This document shows positions 46,401-60,000 of a DNA stretch of 60,000 nt, piece after piece. The stretch is from Amphiscolops sp. MND2022. Taxonomy: Eukaryota. The notes beneath the pieces are model-generated. The model was given only the letters and a program-made list of their open reading frames with translations. It was not told the origin of the DNA and ran no database searches. The stretch covers positions 39,682,001-39,742,000 of the forward strand of contig OZ076409.1 in NCBI GenBank assembly GCA_964187785.1. The letters run 5' to 3'. Both the position numbers and the translations under genes were made by a program. Position 1 is the stretch's first letter. Each line of letters begins with the position of its first letter.

Positions 46401-49400
46401 AGTTGGAGTTTTACCGGAAGATCGAAGGTCTCTTCGCCTTTTATGGCGGGAGGACCGCACACGCGATGTGGAGGTTTATTTATACACCAGACACATTTTC
46501 GGCGCCAATGATTCCCGACCTGTTTTTGTTGCTTCACAAAAGACCGCTTCCGACCACAAAGAAAAATTTCCTGCCCAGTCTTGGCAGTGAAGTTAAAGTT
46601 CTACATGGATGACAATTTGGATTCTCTAGAATCAGAATTGAAAGCAATCTTAAGAGCCGATAAACTCTTTGCCCTTTTGAAACTAGGAGGTTCCAAGTTG
46701 ACGGAGTTCGTAAATAACATCCCAAAACTAGCTTCACAATTGAACGATGACACAATCAAACCGGAACAGAAATCGATTTCCATCAACCCTGAAGAGACAG
46801 AAAAATCTCATGTCCTCGGATTGAGATGGAACCATGCTGAAGGCAGCTTATTAGTCAGTCGGTGTTTGGATAATAGCGACCACTTGATCATAACTCAACG
46901 AGGTATTCTCAGCCAGGTTTCGTCCATCTTCGAGCTGATGTCAAAATTTCATGTATTTGACGATAGCTCTCAGGAGAGACTTTGTGCTGTGGCATTTCTT
47001 CGTGGCAAACTTTGCAGCAGTCAATCAACAATGCTACTTTGTATTCGGGAAAGCCCGCGTCGCCCCGATGAAACAATTTATGATTCCAAAGCTCGAGGTT
47101 CCAGCCTCGCTTCTAACTGCGCGTCTGATGGATAAAAGTCTGAAAGCACTGGCCATCACGATAGATAGAAATTTTTTTGGACAGCCAGTACAACTGTGAT
47201 TCAATGGTTTCATTCGCATGGAAAGCAGCCAACTTCCGTGACCCTCGACCTCACAACAGTGGACCAATGGAACCACGTTGGCACTTCAGATAACCCCGCA
47301 GACACCGGTACCCGGCGAATAACCGCTAAGTCTCTCTTCGTTAGTTGCTGGCTCAAAGGCCCACTTTTTCACGCCACTTCAAAAAAGGGTCTTTCCAATC
47401 AAAGACTACCGTACAAGGCCTAATGAAAATTCCGAACTCCTAAACATTGCCTGAAAATGTAACTTTTGTCAGTGAAGGTCTTGTTACCCCTGCGAATGTT
47501 TTCCGTTAGGAGAAATTCAGCTCCTATGCAAAAGTTATTGGAATCATGGCATATGTAATGCGTGTTCAATCCAAAACACAAGCGCTTCCGAACTATGGAC
47601 AAAAGTTTGCGGGATCCGTTTTAGATGAACATCGCTCAGCAAAAAGTACAGTACCTAGCCCAAGACGGATCCTTCCTGATATTCGAAAGCAATTACTTGA
47701 GAACTAAGGCACAAGTCGTTCAAGTCCGTTATTACAGTACTCACCCTTTTTCGGCTCCACTGGAGTCATTCGGTCTACCGGTCGCATTCAGCGTCTTGCA
47801 GGTGTCGCATTTGATAAGAAACACCCGCTCCTCCTCGACGCCCGTCACCCTGTGTTTTTGGTTCTTTTAGTTACTATTTGTTTAGTTGCTGAGCTTAAGT
47901 TGCGCTATTATTCAAAGCCGCGTTGTTTACAAACTTAATTGAGAAGTAGAAATCAAACCAATGAATATTACATCAAATTAATGAGATTAGTCATAATATG
48001 AGCGATAACTTCAAATTCATATAAATTAGTCATAACATAAACCGGGGGGCATTGAATAATTAAATTGTTTCAAAATATAGTTTGCTCCAACATTCGGTAT
48101 GGTTAGCTCTAAGAAGTGTTTCAGGACTTCTGATATCTTTTCCCTTGATGAAAAGGAAACCATAAGGAAGTAGCTTTTGCACTGATGCAAAGACACATGG
48201 TGAAGTAGATTATCTTCAAGAGCAAACGGAAGATACATTTTGTAAATCATCATTGAGGGTAGCCCGATTGTAGCTGTATGGTTACACAAGTGTATGAGTC
48301 ATAAACTGGACTGCAACTGTGGATGTGGTAGGGGTATATGAAAGAATCTCCAGCTGAAATACAAGAGATTTAGTCAAAATAACGGACGACCAAGAAATTG
48401 AGTGCGTTAAATCAGACCGTAAACTGAAAAGGCTGCTAGAAATTCAAGGAATGAGAAGGAATGAAAGGCGTCGAAAATAAAGTTAGGAAATGTCAAGTGG
48501 TAACTGAGAGGGTAACTTCCGTAATTTGACCACCGGTCTGTTTCCAACCCATTTTTTTGTTCTAACTTCTGCAACACGAGCAATGTTATCGTTTCCAGTA
48601 AAGACTTTCATCACACGACCTAAAGGCCATTTTAAGGGAACTGTATTGTCATCAACTACGAAAACCATATCGTTCGGCTTGAGACTATCTGCTGGTTTTT
48701 GCCACTTGTTTCGAGGCTGTAGTGATGTTAGATAATCATGTCTCCAAATGGACCAGAATTTTTGCTTCATTGTATCCATTTGTTGCAAGTCTTTCAGCGT
48801 TGCTTTTCTGTGTTTCAATTGTTTCGGTGATGAAAATGAGGGAACAGTGAGGGGTCTGCCTACGAGAAAATGTGCAGGCGTTTAAACGGTCATGTCGTTT
48901 GGGTCATCTGATGATGGCAAAAGGGGCCTTGAGTTGAGTATGCTCTCAATTTGCGCCTGGAGAGTCAAGAAGTTTCTAATTGAAGTATGTGGGCCTTCAT
49001 TGTCCTGCGGAGATGGTGTTTCACTGATTTAATGCCAGCCTCCCAAAGGCCACCGAAATGAGGTGCTCGAGCTGGTATCATGAACCAATCTGTTCCAAGT
49101 TGAGAGACTTCATTGCGTAGTTCCAAAATTTCTTTACGAGCAGCAACAAAAGTCGTGGCATTGTCCGAGTAAAGCTGTGCTGGCATACCACGCGGGCAAT
49201 GAAACGTGGGCAATTCTAAATGTATTGCTTTAGTCGTGAAACAAACGAAATTGGCGATGTATATTTTAGTAATATGGGGCATCTTGACATCTATTGACCC
49301 GGTAAAATCTATGCCTGTTCTTTCGAAGGGCTGAGATTCTGTGATTCGCTCAATGGGCAAGTCGCCCATGATTGGTGGTGACATCTTCAGACAGAAACGT

Positions 49401-52400
49401 GCACAAGTGACACAATTTTTGATTACTTGCTTAACCTTTGCTTTCAGTCCAATAATCCAAAATTTCTGCTTGATTGTAAACATTGTCAGTTGACAGCCTC
49501 CATGGAGAGTTTTTTCATGGTAAAAAGAAATTATTAGCGAGACTAAAGGAGAGTTGCGGGGTACTAAAATCGGATGCTTTTTCAGCTCTGGTAAAGTTGA
49601 CTGACTGATACGACCACCAACTCTGAGAATTTTAAGATTAGTATCCCAGAAGGGGGTTAACGGTAAGAAAGGGTGTCTTGAAGGAAGGGGTAAATCTTGA
49701 GAAAGTAAAGAAATTTCCTCTTTCAATAATCGTTTTTGTTCATTTCTGATTTGGACTAGTTCGGCATCAACCAAATTATTTGATGATACGACCTTTTCTG
49801 TTCTTTCTTTTTTCAGCATTGTGACAACTTTTATAACCAAAGCTGCGACCCGAATAAGTTTTGAAAAACTAGAAAACCTGGTTACTTCAATCAAATTTTG
49901 ATCTGAATCCACTTCTGTAGAGGCAATTTGAATTTTCTTGTTTTCTTCGGGGCAAACTTTTAAACATGCAAAATCTCGCTGCGGCAATTTCTTTTTGTTT
50001 TGCGACAACCAAGAAGGACCGTTCCACCATAAAGATTTACTTTCAATTTCGTTTCCCATCATGACGCGGGATGCACAATCAGCTGGATTTTCCCGAGTAG
50101 GTAGGTGCCTCCAACAAGGACCGGGCAAAGTGTCTTGTACTTTGCTAATTCTATTTCTGACAAACGTTTTCCACTTTTCAGGAGATTGGGCGAGCCAGGA
50201 AAAAACTACCGTAGAATCTGACCAGGCAAAGAATCTCAATTCAGGAAAGCGAAGATCAGATAAAGCTTCCTTGACAGCTTCTTCCAAGGTTGCACCTAAT
50301 AACGCTGCACAAAGTTCCAATCGGTTAATGCTGAGACACTTTAATGGGGCAACTCTTGTTTTTGCTACTAGTAATTTGACTTTAATACTTTTTCAGTAAC
50401 TGTTCTTACATAAATACAAGCTGACAAGCTGCATATGCTCTTTCTGAAGCATCACAAAAGACATGAAAAGTAAAGTCATCTGTGAATATCTCTTGAGTAA
50501 TCTGACGGTCTATTGAAAAGTTTTCCAAAAATTTCAAATTTGACCTAATGATTTGATAGTTCTCGATGATTTGACTAGGTAAAATTGTGTCCCAGGTAAC
50601 GTCAAGTTTCCACAAGCTTTGCATGAAAACCTTCAAAGTAATTGTTACGGGCGAAAGCCAACCCAGTGGATCAAATAAGGTGGGTATTTCGGAAAGAATG
50701 GCTCGTTTTGTCTCAGGAACGTCTTCCGCACTTGTGACTTTGAATTGAAAAACGTCTTTGTTTGGCAACCAAGATGCTCCGAGAGTTTTAACGATGTAAT
50801 TTTTACTTTCGATAACTGAATCATCATCGGATTCTCGATAATACTTGTCCAAACACTTGATAAGTTCTGACTTGTTCGATGTCCATTTGCGTAAATCAAA
50901 ATCTCCAGTTTTCAAAGCTGCGATTAGATCCTTTTGAATTTGGAAAGCTTCTTTTAAGGTAAAACAACCGCTAAGAAGATCGTCCACGTACATATCATTT
51001 TTGATTATTGTGCTAATAACTGTGTCACCTAACTCTTCAGCAATAACAAAAAGAGCTCGAATGGATTGAGACGACGAAAGAACAAGACCGTAAGTAACTC
51101 TGGTCATTCTCAAATGTTTCATTGGTTCTGCGCTTCTCTCGCGCCAAAGAGTTCTATGAAAATCTTTGTCTTCTTCCGCTAACAAAACTTGTCGATACAT
51201 CTTTGCAATGTCTGCAGAGAACACTACAGGATAAAACCGGAATCGTAAAAGTATTGCAAAAAGATCGTTTTGATTTTTCGGACCGACCATCAAAACTTCG
51301 TTCAAAGAGGTTCCTGTTGACGTTTCAGCTGAGGCATCAAAAACCACTCTCAATTTTGTCGTTGTACTGCTATATTTTAAAACACAGTGGTGCGGTAGAT
51401 AAAAAGACTTTTTCCGAGAAATCTCAATTTGTTTTTCTGGAACTTCTTCCATGTGACCTAATTCAATAAATTCGTTTATGAAGGCGGTATACTTTGCTTT
51501 GAGGCTGTTGTTATCGAGTTTTTTCTCCAGACTCAGAAATTGTTTTTTAGCATTGCATAATAAATCACCTAACTTCGAACTGTTCTCTTTGAATGGTAAC
51601 TTCACAATAAAACGACCATGCTCATCCCGGCGGGTAGTCTGAGTGAAGTGAACTTCACAAAGAACTTCTTCCTTTGTTTTTGTATAGTGTTGAGGCACGT
51701 CTTCTAATTGCCAAAATTTTTCTAAATGTGAAGGATTACTTTCGACATGGAATATTTGTAGAGTAATGCTTGGGGTATTTGACGAACTTATGGATCCTAT
51801 AACAACACATCCAAAATTTGAATCTCTCAGATGTAAAGATTTGGTCATACGAATTTTTCTCTCCAACATAAACTGTTCGTTCGACAACTCCGGCCCCAAG
51901 CACAATGTCTATCGGACCTGCTTTGTAGAATTCTGGATCTGCCATGTTCCGATGCTCGAACCTTTTCCATGAATCATCCTTCAGGATGGTTTGGTTAGGA
52001 AGGAATCCAGTCAACCTTGGTAGTACTAAAGCTTTCAATTTGACACTTTCTTTGGAACTTTTAACAATGAAATGAACACCAGATGGATTTGAGAAATTCA
52101 CATTTCCGCCAATCCCGCTTACTTTTATGTTCAAATGCTCCTGTTTGAGATTCAATTTTCTCGCACGCACAAGACTCTGTGATGAGATTTGCTTGTGCTA
52201 CTGTATCAAAGAGAGCACGGCATGAGAGTGTAACACCATTACCAACAACTTGAATGACTGCAGTGGGTAAAAGAACATGACTTTTGTCGCTATTGAAAGC
52301 AATGTTGACGTTTTCGGATGCTTCTGTTGTATTTGTTTTCACTTCATTGAAACGATGGAGTAAAGAATGATGTCTTCTTCCACAATGTTTACAACAAGAA

Positions 52401-55400
52401 CTCTTACAAGCAGTTAACACATGTCCTGGTTTTAAACAATTGAAACACAACGCATGACGCTTGATTAGGTCTGTTTTATTAGAGGAAGATAAGTTTTCGA
52501 ACTTTGGACAGATGAAAATTTTGTGCTTTTCACCACAACATTCACAAAAAGCTTCTTCGCTTGTTGTATAAACTTGGGTTCTTGGTTGAGTTGTATTAGC
52601 ATTTTTCGGTGTTTCTTCATTATCTCTTTTGTCCTTTTGGCGCCTGGAAACGCTTTTGGAAGCTTCCAAGGCGCGGCATCTGTTCTGTAGAAACGTTTTT
52701 AACTGATTGAACGTTTGTTGATCAGTACCAGGAGTTGCAATCTCCCATTCTTGTCTCGTTATAGGACTCAGCTTTTCGACGACAATGTAAAGCAAAAACA
52801 GATCTTGTTCGTCAACTTTATGACCTAGGTTAGATAAAACTAATCTGTGTTCTTCGACTGATTCAATTAACAAATTGAGTGATTTGGAATTTTCTGTCTC
52901 TTGATGAGGAATGTTAACAATGCTTTTGACGTGTCAACGAGAGATAAGGCGAGGGTTAGAATATCGGTTTTTGAGAATTTCTCTAGCTACTTCATAATTG
53001 GAGTCACTGATAGTGACAGAGGATAAGAGTTTAGCTGCATCACCTTTCAAGCTGGCTTTTAGGTAATGCAACTTCTGTGAGTTGCTTAACATTGAATTTG
53101 AATCAACAGAACTTTTAAAAAGATCTATGAAACTCATCCAGTCTGTATAAGTCCCAGAAAACGTTGGTAAACTAATCTTTGGTAACTTCAGGCCTGTTGC
53201 ATCTGTATTTTGAAAGTAACTTGTATTTGGAAGAGAAGACTCTCTGAACTGTTTAACTTTCTGGATAAAACGGTTTATATTGTCAGCATTGTCACTAATC
53301 CTGTCATTCCATTCTGTACTTTCAATAATGTCATTGTCAAGACCTTCTAATCCCAACAGAGATTGATACGTTTTGTCTAAATCTTGTATTTGAAGCAGTT
53401 TAGCTTTGAGGCGAGTCTCAGCTCGTTCTAACTTGATCAGATGTTGCTCTGATATAGTTGTTATTTCTTGATTTAGTAACAACTCTACTTCCGTGTAATA
53501 TCTTGTGGCAATGCCTCGATGTGCCGCTCTTGTTCGTTTCTTAGTTTCAATTTCCGTCATTACTCAGGATAAATTTCACACGTGGTAAAACTTTTGAAGT
53601 AAATAACTGCAACTAAGCGCGAAATTATCAGATAAGTATGTTCTGAACAAAGTTGGTTAACTGAAAAAATAAGGAACGAAAATTCAGCTAAAGAACGAAA
53701 AATACTATGCTTAGCTTTGTCAAGATGAAATAAGGAATGAAAAGATGGAGAAATACTAAGCTTTCATGGGGTATACTGTGGCATTTCCTGTGTTGGCGGT
53801 AGTCCTGTCGACATCTTTTTGTGGGGCGCCATTATGTTTTTGGTTGTTTTAGTTACTATTTGTTTAGTTGCTGAGCTTAAGTTGGGCTATTATTAAAAGC
53901 CGCGTTTTTTAAAAACTTAATTGAGAAGTAGAAATCAAACCAATGAAAATTACATCAAACTAATGAGATTAGTCATAATATGAGTGATAACTTCAAATTC
54001 ATATAAATTAGTCATAACACCCTGGTAAGACATTTTTTCTGTCGCACTTACATCGCGGTCATAATCACCAAGGTGTCGACTATTTCCGAGCTGTTGTTTA
54101 ACATTAGTACCATGTACTAAAACTTCGTTCAGTCCTTCGGAGCATTCATTCGAGATGCGTCTTCTGTCGAAAACGTCGAGCTCAGACTCTCACGCCAAAG
54201 ATATCTGACCTCCCGAAGGTACGCATCAGTCGCCGATCACCAGTCTTTTGAATACAGGCGGTGATTACTTCGGACCGTTCCACGTGTCTGTCCGAAGGTC
54301 AATTGAGAAAAGATGGTTTTTTTTTCACGTGTTTAACGACACGCACAGTACTTATCGAAATTGTATCTTCAATGGACACGAGTTTTTGCAACATGGGATT
54401 GAAAGCTTCATTGCTCGACGAGGGAAGTCGTCAATAATTGGGTCCGATAATGGGACAAATTTCGTTGGCGCTGAAAAAGAATAGAATTAGTATCCAGTGT
54501 CGAATCTTGGAACTACAGTGCACCGCCGTTTTTGGCAGACAAAGGAATAAAGTGGAAGTTCAATCCTATGGCTGCGCCACGCCTTGGAAGAGCATGGGAG
54601 AGACTTGTAAGGAGCTGCAAACAGGTCTTTCATGCAATTTTTGGGAATCAGAAACTAAGTGATGAAGTTTTCCCTACTACGTTTGCCCTTGAGGAACAAA
54701 TTCTCAACGCTCGAGCCATAACAGCCGTCCGCTCTAATCCTAATGAACTCGATACGCTCACACCGAATCATTTTCTCTTAGGGCACCGGTATTCAAGTAT
54801 ATCGTTCTTGGCAACGGCGAATGATTTCGATCATTAAAAGAGGTATATGTGAGCGCAAGCGTACGCAAATGCGATCTGGTCCAGGTGGCTCAATGAGTAT
54901 GTGCCATCACTCAACCGAAGGTCGAAGTGGCTGACTCCCTCACCTCACAAGTTCCGAACAGCTGACCTTGTTTGGATTTGGGAACGGAGTAGCCCCGGGA
55001 TTGAATCGCTGAACTATGGGCAAGATAGTACAGCACGCTCCGTGAACCTAAGAACGCAATCAGGTCGTTGTACCCGACCTCTAGTAAAACTTGTCCCTGT
55101 ACTTCCCTCCTCATCCTTCGGGCGGGAGTATGTTGCCCGGTGAAAGCATTCTTTTTTACCAAAAATTAAATTTCCTATTATGGTTGAGCTTCAACCTTTA
55201 CCGTGATACTCCACATGGCAAAGTAGTTAAATACCTAAGCCATGAGGTTCGAGATCCGGGTTCAAATCCCGCCGGGATCCGACACTTGTTCCCTTTCTTC
55301 CTACTTCCCCCCCCCAAAGTACTGTCACCCTAAACGACCCCAAACGAACGTACATCTCCGACAATCCATTGTCCGTCATTGTTTTATTGTTTGTAAACAA

Positions 55401-55621
55401 GTTCAGCTGTACATGTAACATGTCAATTACGTACTTGTCTAATAGCATATTTGTTTTTATAAACATACTGAAACATTATCGAGTTTTTTCGGTGTTGTGA
55501 CCGCTTTGGTATCATAATGTGATGTTATGCCGAACTTTAGGGAAGGTGATCAATTGACATTACTTTCGTCTACCTTTCTTCAAAACGACGACCATCAGGC
55601 ATTGAGCTGAAGTGAGCCAAA
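43462..55621 (+). mobile_element. Degenerate Bel/Pao LTR retrotransposon B with both LTRs
   Basis: Diverged LTRs 43462-43946 and 55131-~55621; PBS-like tggtcc after the 5' LTR; purine tract gggcgggagta before the 3' LTR; near-TSD ccttc/acttc; gag CFSC..H..C..CEKRGC..HNPLLH, WYLPHH, FYMDD and SDNGTNFVGA motifs. Confidence 0.85.
47853..54019 (-). mobile_element. Youngest, near full-length Bel/Pao LTR retrotransposon C nested in B
   Basis: 185-bp LTRs 47853-48037 and 53835-54019 (TG..CA, 8 mismatches by eye); exact 5-bp TSD ccctg; PBS TGGCGCCCC; gag-pro-RT(YVDD)-RNaseH-integrase ORFs at 53560-48483 with several frameshifts. Confidence 0.95.
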
Positions 55622-55859
55622 ACTTCCTCTATTTGGTTGAAAGTATACTAGAAGCGGAATCTTTGAACCAAAAGCTCATGACATTTTTGCAGAGGAGTGG
55701 TTCCAACTTGTCCAAAAAACAATCAAACGTGAAAAAACTATGTGAGAAAAATAGTGAGGTGACATTGTTCCCGCTTCGGAATGGAATTTTACAACAGACG
55801 ACCGAAAATTGGGTTGTAGTTTTACTGGTGAAGAAATTTCTGTAATCATTTATGGACGG

Positions 55860-56440
55860 CTCTTTCCGTTGTTTCGTCTGTTTTTGACGCAATGGAATTG
55901 GCTTCACCATTCTTTATCAGAATTTGACCAGTTCTCCGTTCAATCGGGCAAAAAACGTTGAAGTCCTGGATTAAGAAATCGCTGAAGGTTTAACAAAACA
56001 ATATTTCGATGGTTGCAAGAAGTGTCTTGAGAGAGCTTTGAGAGAGCTTTCAACCAACTGTACCAATGGTTGGGAGATTGACAGCCATGCTTAATTGCAC
56101 GGAAACTCCAAGCGGCCCGTCGTGCGTCACGAATAAAACTTTCAATTCTTGAAGAACACGATGTCGTCATCGATTGAGTTCATTTGTGTAGTGATTCGAC
56201 AACAGTGATATAAATAGCTGAATTCTTTGACAAAAAACTGGGGATACTCATTGCAAATCGCATCAGATAAATTTCGGAAAAAACCAAGCTGGGTGAAAGG
56301 GTTCATGAAGCCGTGTACAAGAGCTAGCAGCTCGCGGCACGCGAGGGATGAAAGCCGATGAAAATGCGTCCAGTGTGTGGCTAAACGGGCCGGCGTGACG
56401 TAGAGAAAATAAAGGTCAATGGCTAATAGCAATTACATAG
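55860..56440 (-). mobile_element. Possible LINE endonuclease-region fragment inserted in Pao A
   Basis: Interrupts the plus-strand Pao pol remnant; weak minus-strand ORFs only. Confidence 0.3.
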
Positions 56441-58199
56441 CGCGCTGTAGTTGAGAGCCTTTTAGAAATACCTCAAATGGTGCTCTGAGCCACTTGAGAA
56501 ACAAGGAAATTCATTCAGTTCTTGGATCAAATTAGTTCATACTAGTAGCTACCTACTTCACTAGAGATGTCTCAATCAACTTGAAAGGACTAATTTCATT
56601 GGACGAACTACTGAAAGCAGAACGAAAGGCATTCAAATTGGTCCCAAAGGAGACGTTTGCGGCGGAAAAAGAAAGAATTGTCTTCGAAATCAAAAAGTGC
56701 CAATGTTTTGATGATATTGTTATTATGCGAGCTAGCGGGCAATTATCTAAAACTGATTTCGAGTTGGATACAAAACATCCAATTCTTCTGCCATTGCAAC
56801 AATCTGCATTGCAGTTGATGGTGCTAAAATGTTTATAAAAACTACCAATAAGGTATTGAAACTATTCCGCTTGACATAAACCAAAGTGTTGGATTTTGGG
56901 CCTCAGAAGGGCGTAGCGGAGCAATGAAATTTCTGCCTTACATGCAGCAATCACACTGCGAATATCCAAGCTCCACTTATGGCCTATATACTACGCGAGA
57001 GAGTTCAAAGAAGGGATCTCTTTTTCTCATATGTTGGAGTGGAAAATTTTGGACCCTTAGGGGTGGAATACATGAGTAAAACAATGAGAAATTGGGCTAG
57101 TTTTTTCATCAGCTTCTCCGCGATACCGTATTCATCTTAAACTAGTTTTTCCGCTGAATACAGAATTTTTCGTAGCGCATTAACACAAAACATAGCCAAA
57201 CGAGGTCGCCCATTGACAATTTAGAACAGTAATGATCAATTTTTGTTGCTGCGATCAACGAGCTGAAGCAGTTGGCATCAATGCTGCAAAATAGTGACTT
57301 AGAGGATAAAGTTGGTCGAACGAGGATCGTTTGGAATTTTAACCCTGCCGCGCAGCCATATGAACCGAACGATTTCGAAGCACGTACGCGACACCATTTT
57401 CTTCCATTTGGGTCGGCCGAGTTTTGAGTTTCCTTATTTGCCAGATGCGCAGAAAAACCAAAATCACAGGAAAATGTTTCGTGTGGCTCAACATGTGGTT
57501 GAGATGGTTGAAAAAAAACATTCCAGTACATAATATCCCTCAGAAGTGATTTTTTTATCGATACAAAATGAAAAACTGGTTTGGTGTGGATTGTTGACGA
57601 TCGGGAGAATCGGGGTGCTTACCGCCTTTGAAAGGTCTAAAAGTGTAATTTCAGGAATCTTGCTGATATTTGACCTTGCGACATCAAAACTCAGTCTGGA
57701 GTTGTTTCGCGGCCTACAGTCGATTTTTTCCGTGTTTTTGAAGGCAATTGGTGTGATCTTCCTCAAGCGAAACACAGCTCCGGCCTTGAAACAACTTGGA
57801 AACAACCAACATTCAGGAAAAACCCCAAATTGAGTTTTTTCAACCAGCCACAGCTTGGAACCCAAAAAGAAAGAAAGAACCGCAAAATTGAGATTCCGTA
57901 ATGATTTTAGCGAAACTACAGGAAAATCACAAGTAACTGGAATTCGAATTTTTTTCAAAATTACTTTTTTTCGTGGAGTTTCTTGGACCTCTGAGCAAAT
58001 ACATCACATTTGAGTAAGATATTTTTCCCGATTACCTGTTAACCCTTAATAGCCCTCATAATCATTTGTTAGCGTGTTGTAGGAATAAGTTTGAGTATCT
58101 GTAGTCCATGTTAACGTACGTAGTTATGCAGAAAGTGTCCAGCATAGCAGATTTACAAAGCATGAATGAATATTTACTTCTTGTAAATTGACTGTTTTT

Positions 58200-60000
58200 T
58201 TTTACTTAAGTTTGTAATTAGACATTAATATTAGCATCCATTTTGTTTACTCTAGACGTCGACGTACCTCAGTTGTTAAATAACCATACAAGAGTGGAAA
58301 CTTCGCATCTTTAACCCAAGTTGAGAATGTTTTGGAAGTTACAAAACCTTCAGTTTCCAACGCGACTCTCCAGACGTAGTTTTCATACAAGGGACAGGCG
58401 AGGGATCGAATGCCTGAGGAAGTAGAATCAGCGTGTACAAGGTGCTTACGAGTTTTCAAGACCTCCTTCGGCCCCACGCCTTTAAGACATTTGGATTACC
58501 TGTTGCCTGGACGCCAGGAGTATCAAGAGCCCGTTCAGTGAGGATGTTCGGCATTCTTGGTGGAATGTGAGGTATAGTTCCGCTGTGTAGCAGTAGGTTC
58601 TCGACTGTGAAAAACCAGATCCTTTTTTGAGAACTCTCACTGCTTGCGTAAATGCTTGCCAATGGCCATCGATTACACGCCTGATAAATCGCTCCTGTTC
58701 ATCGCATTCAATTTGACCGCACTTATTGCCATCAAGATCAAAATTTAGTCTATCATGGCGACGGCATGAGGTATTGAAGATCCTTCTTATTTGGTGCGAA
58801 TAGCAGTTCCAGAGGACGATGATCAGTTTTTCAGCACCTTCATCACTTTTGTCGAATTGAGAGCAACACCTTGGAGAAAACACTTGAGTCATCACGTATG
58901 AATGTTAATTTGAAACACATGTCAATTGGCAAGACCTTTTATTATTCTTTACTCAGCTGTTAACTGCATCTGGATCCAACTAAATTCAGCGTTCTTTTTC
59001 ATGGACGATTTTTTAGCCTTCCGCAAACAGATGTGGGTCGCCGATTTTCAAAGCAACGGGAAGATCATGTATAAAAAGGCAAAACAAGACTGGTCCCACC
59101 ACAGACTCTTGAAGTAGGCCGCTTGTAACATCCACAACTTGCGAGCTTGTATTATCTTCTCGAACAAAATGCTTACGTTGATCAAGGTAGTCAGATAACA
59201 CCTCAAGAGTGCAACCTTAAGGCCGATTTGGTTTTTTTCCAAAAGTTTTGAATGCGGTACTTTGTCAAACGTCTTTTACAAACCAGTGTAAAAGGCGATG
59301 TTTTCACTTGATGGCTCTTCTTCCAGGGTATCGTGAATTCGTTTCCGCAAGAGGAGCGATTGGTTGCTACTGAACTTTTTTCACAAAACCAGGCTTACGC
59401 TCTGTTAGGAGTTTGGCAGAAAGCTTATCCAAGGACTTGTAAATGCTTTTTTGAAACTTTTGGGGACTAAAATTGAAAGTGACTCCAGTCGGTGAACTTT
59501 TATTTACCGTCTGTTTCTTTTCTCGAACCACCGGAGAAACAGCCGCAACTTTCCAAGTGGTCACCATTTTCCGCGCACGCATTAGGTTCTTGAAGCAATT
59601 TTGGAGGTTCCTGTCACGGAAGCAGAAGTCTTCTGAAAGGAAATTGGTTGAAGTCCGTCTGGTCCTCGCGCATTTTTTTAAGAAAGCCAAAATTTCTCGG
59701 AGACTCTTTTTTTCAGATACTGTAATTCGCCTAAGTAGTTTTTTTTGGTCCAAAGTTTTTAATGTCAAAAGACTTTTTGTATGAAAACCAAACTGGAATA
59801 GTGATTCGACATTTCGATTTCATTGGCTGTTTCTGCTTTTCTGGTGGAGACTCCGTCCCTGATGAGAACTTGTGGCAAACTACATTTCTTGTCAAGACTT
59901 TCGAGAAGTTTGAAAGTCAAATGTGTGCCTCTTTGCTCCGGGTGATTTTTTTATTAGGCAACTGGATCGCCTGCGTATACAGTCGAACTTGACCTTTGAT
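58200..60000 (-). mobile_element. Degenerate CR1/L2-group LINE RT region
   Basis: TWKVAAVSPV, KPGFVKK and VTSGLLQESVVGPVLFCLFIHDLP..HLFA motifs in broken ORFs. Confidence 0.75.

Larger units (their letters stand above)
41700..57850 (+). mobile_element. Oldest, heavily decayed Bel/Pao element (host A), split by later insertions
   Basis: GYVPHHPVNITNKPGKVRRVCNAAA RT start at ~43150; RT resumes after 55621 (VESILEAE..FLQRSGSNLSK); TKHPILLP and integrase remnants at 56580-57750; boundaries approximate. Confidence 0.65.

Overview
AT-rich, repeat-dense eukaryotic DNA (animal-like, with spliceosomal GT-AG introns). Most of the window is decayed retroelements: tandem LINE copies, CRE-type and CR1-type non-LTR elements, three nested Bel/Pao LTR elements, tRNA-derived fragments and a 9-bp-TSD MITE family. 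The exception is a ~17.5 kb block (12789-~30270, left edge lost in a 200-N gap) that looks like one giant cargo-carrying DNA transposon. It encodes four proteins: a RAG1/Transib-like DDE transposase fused to a BRCT domain; a spliced tyrosine-recombinase-like + SETD8-like SET protein; a spliced Tudor-like protein; and a spliced 4x C2HC zinc finger + KDM2/7-type JmjC demethylase. Together these are a writer/reader/eraser chromatin toolkit. A private 166-bp repeat and an 11-copy GATTGGWACCAAAA motif tie the block together. Domain calls come from motif recognition by eye, not database searches.
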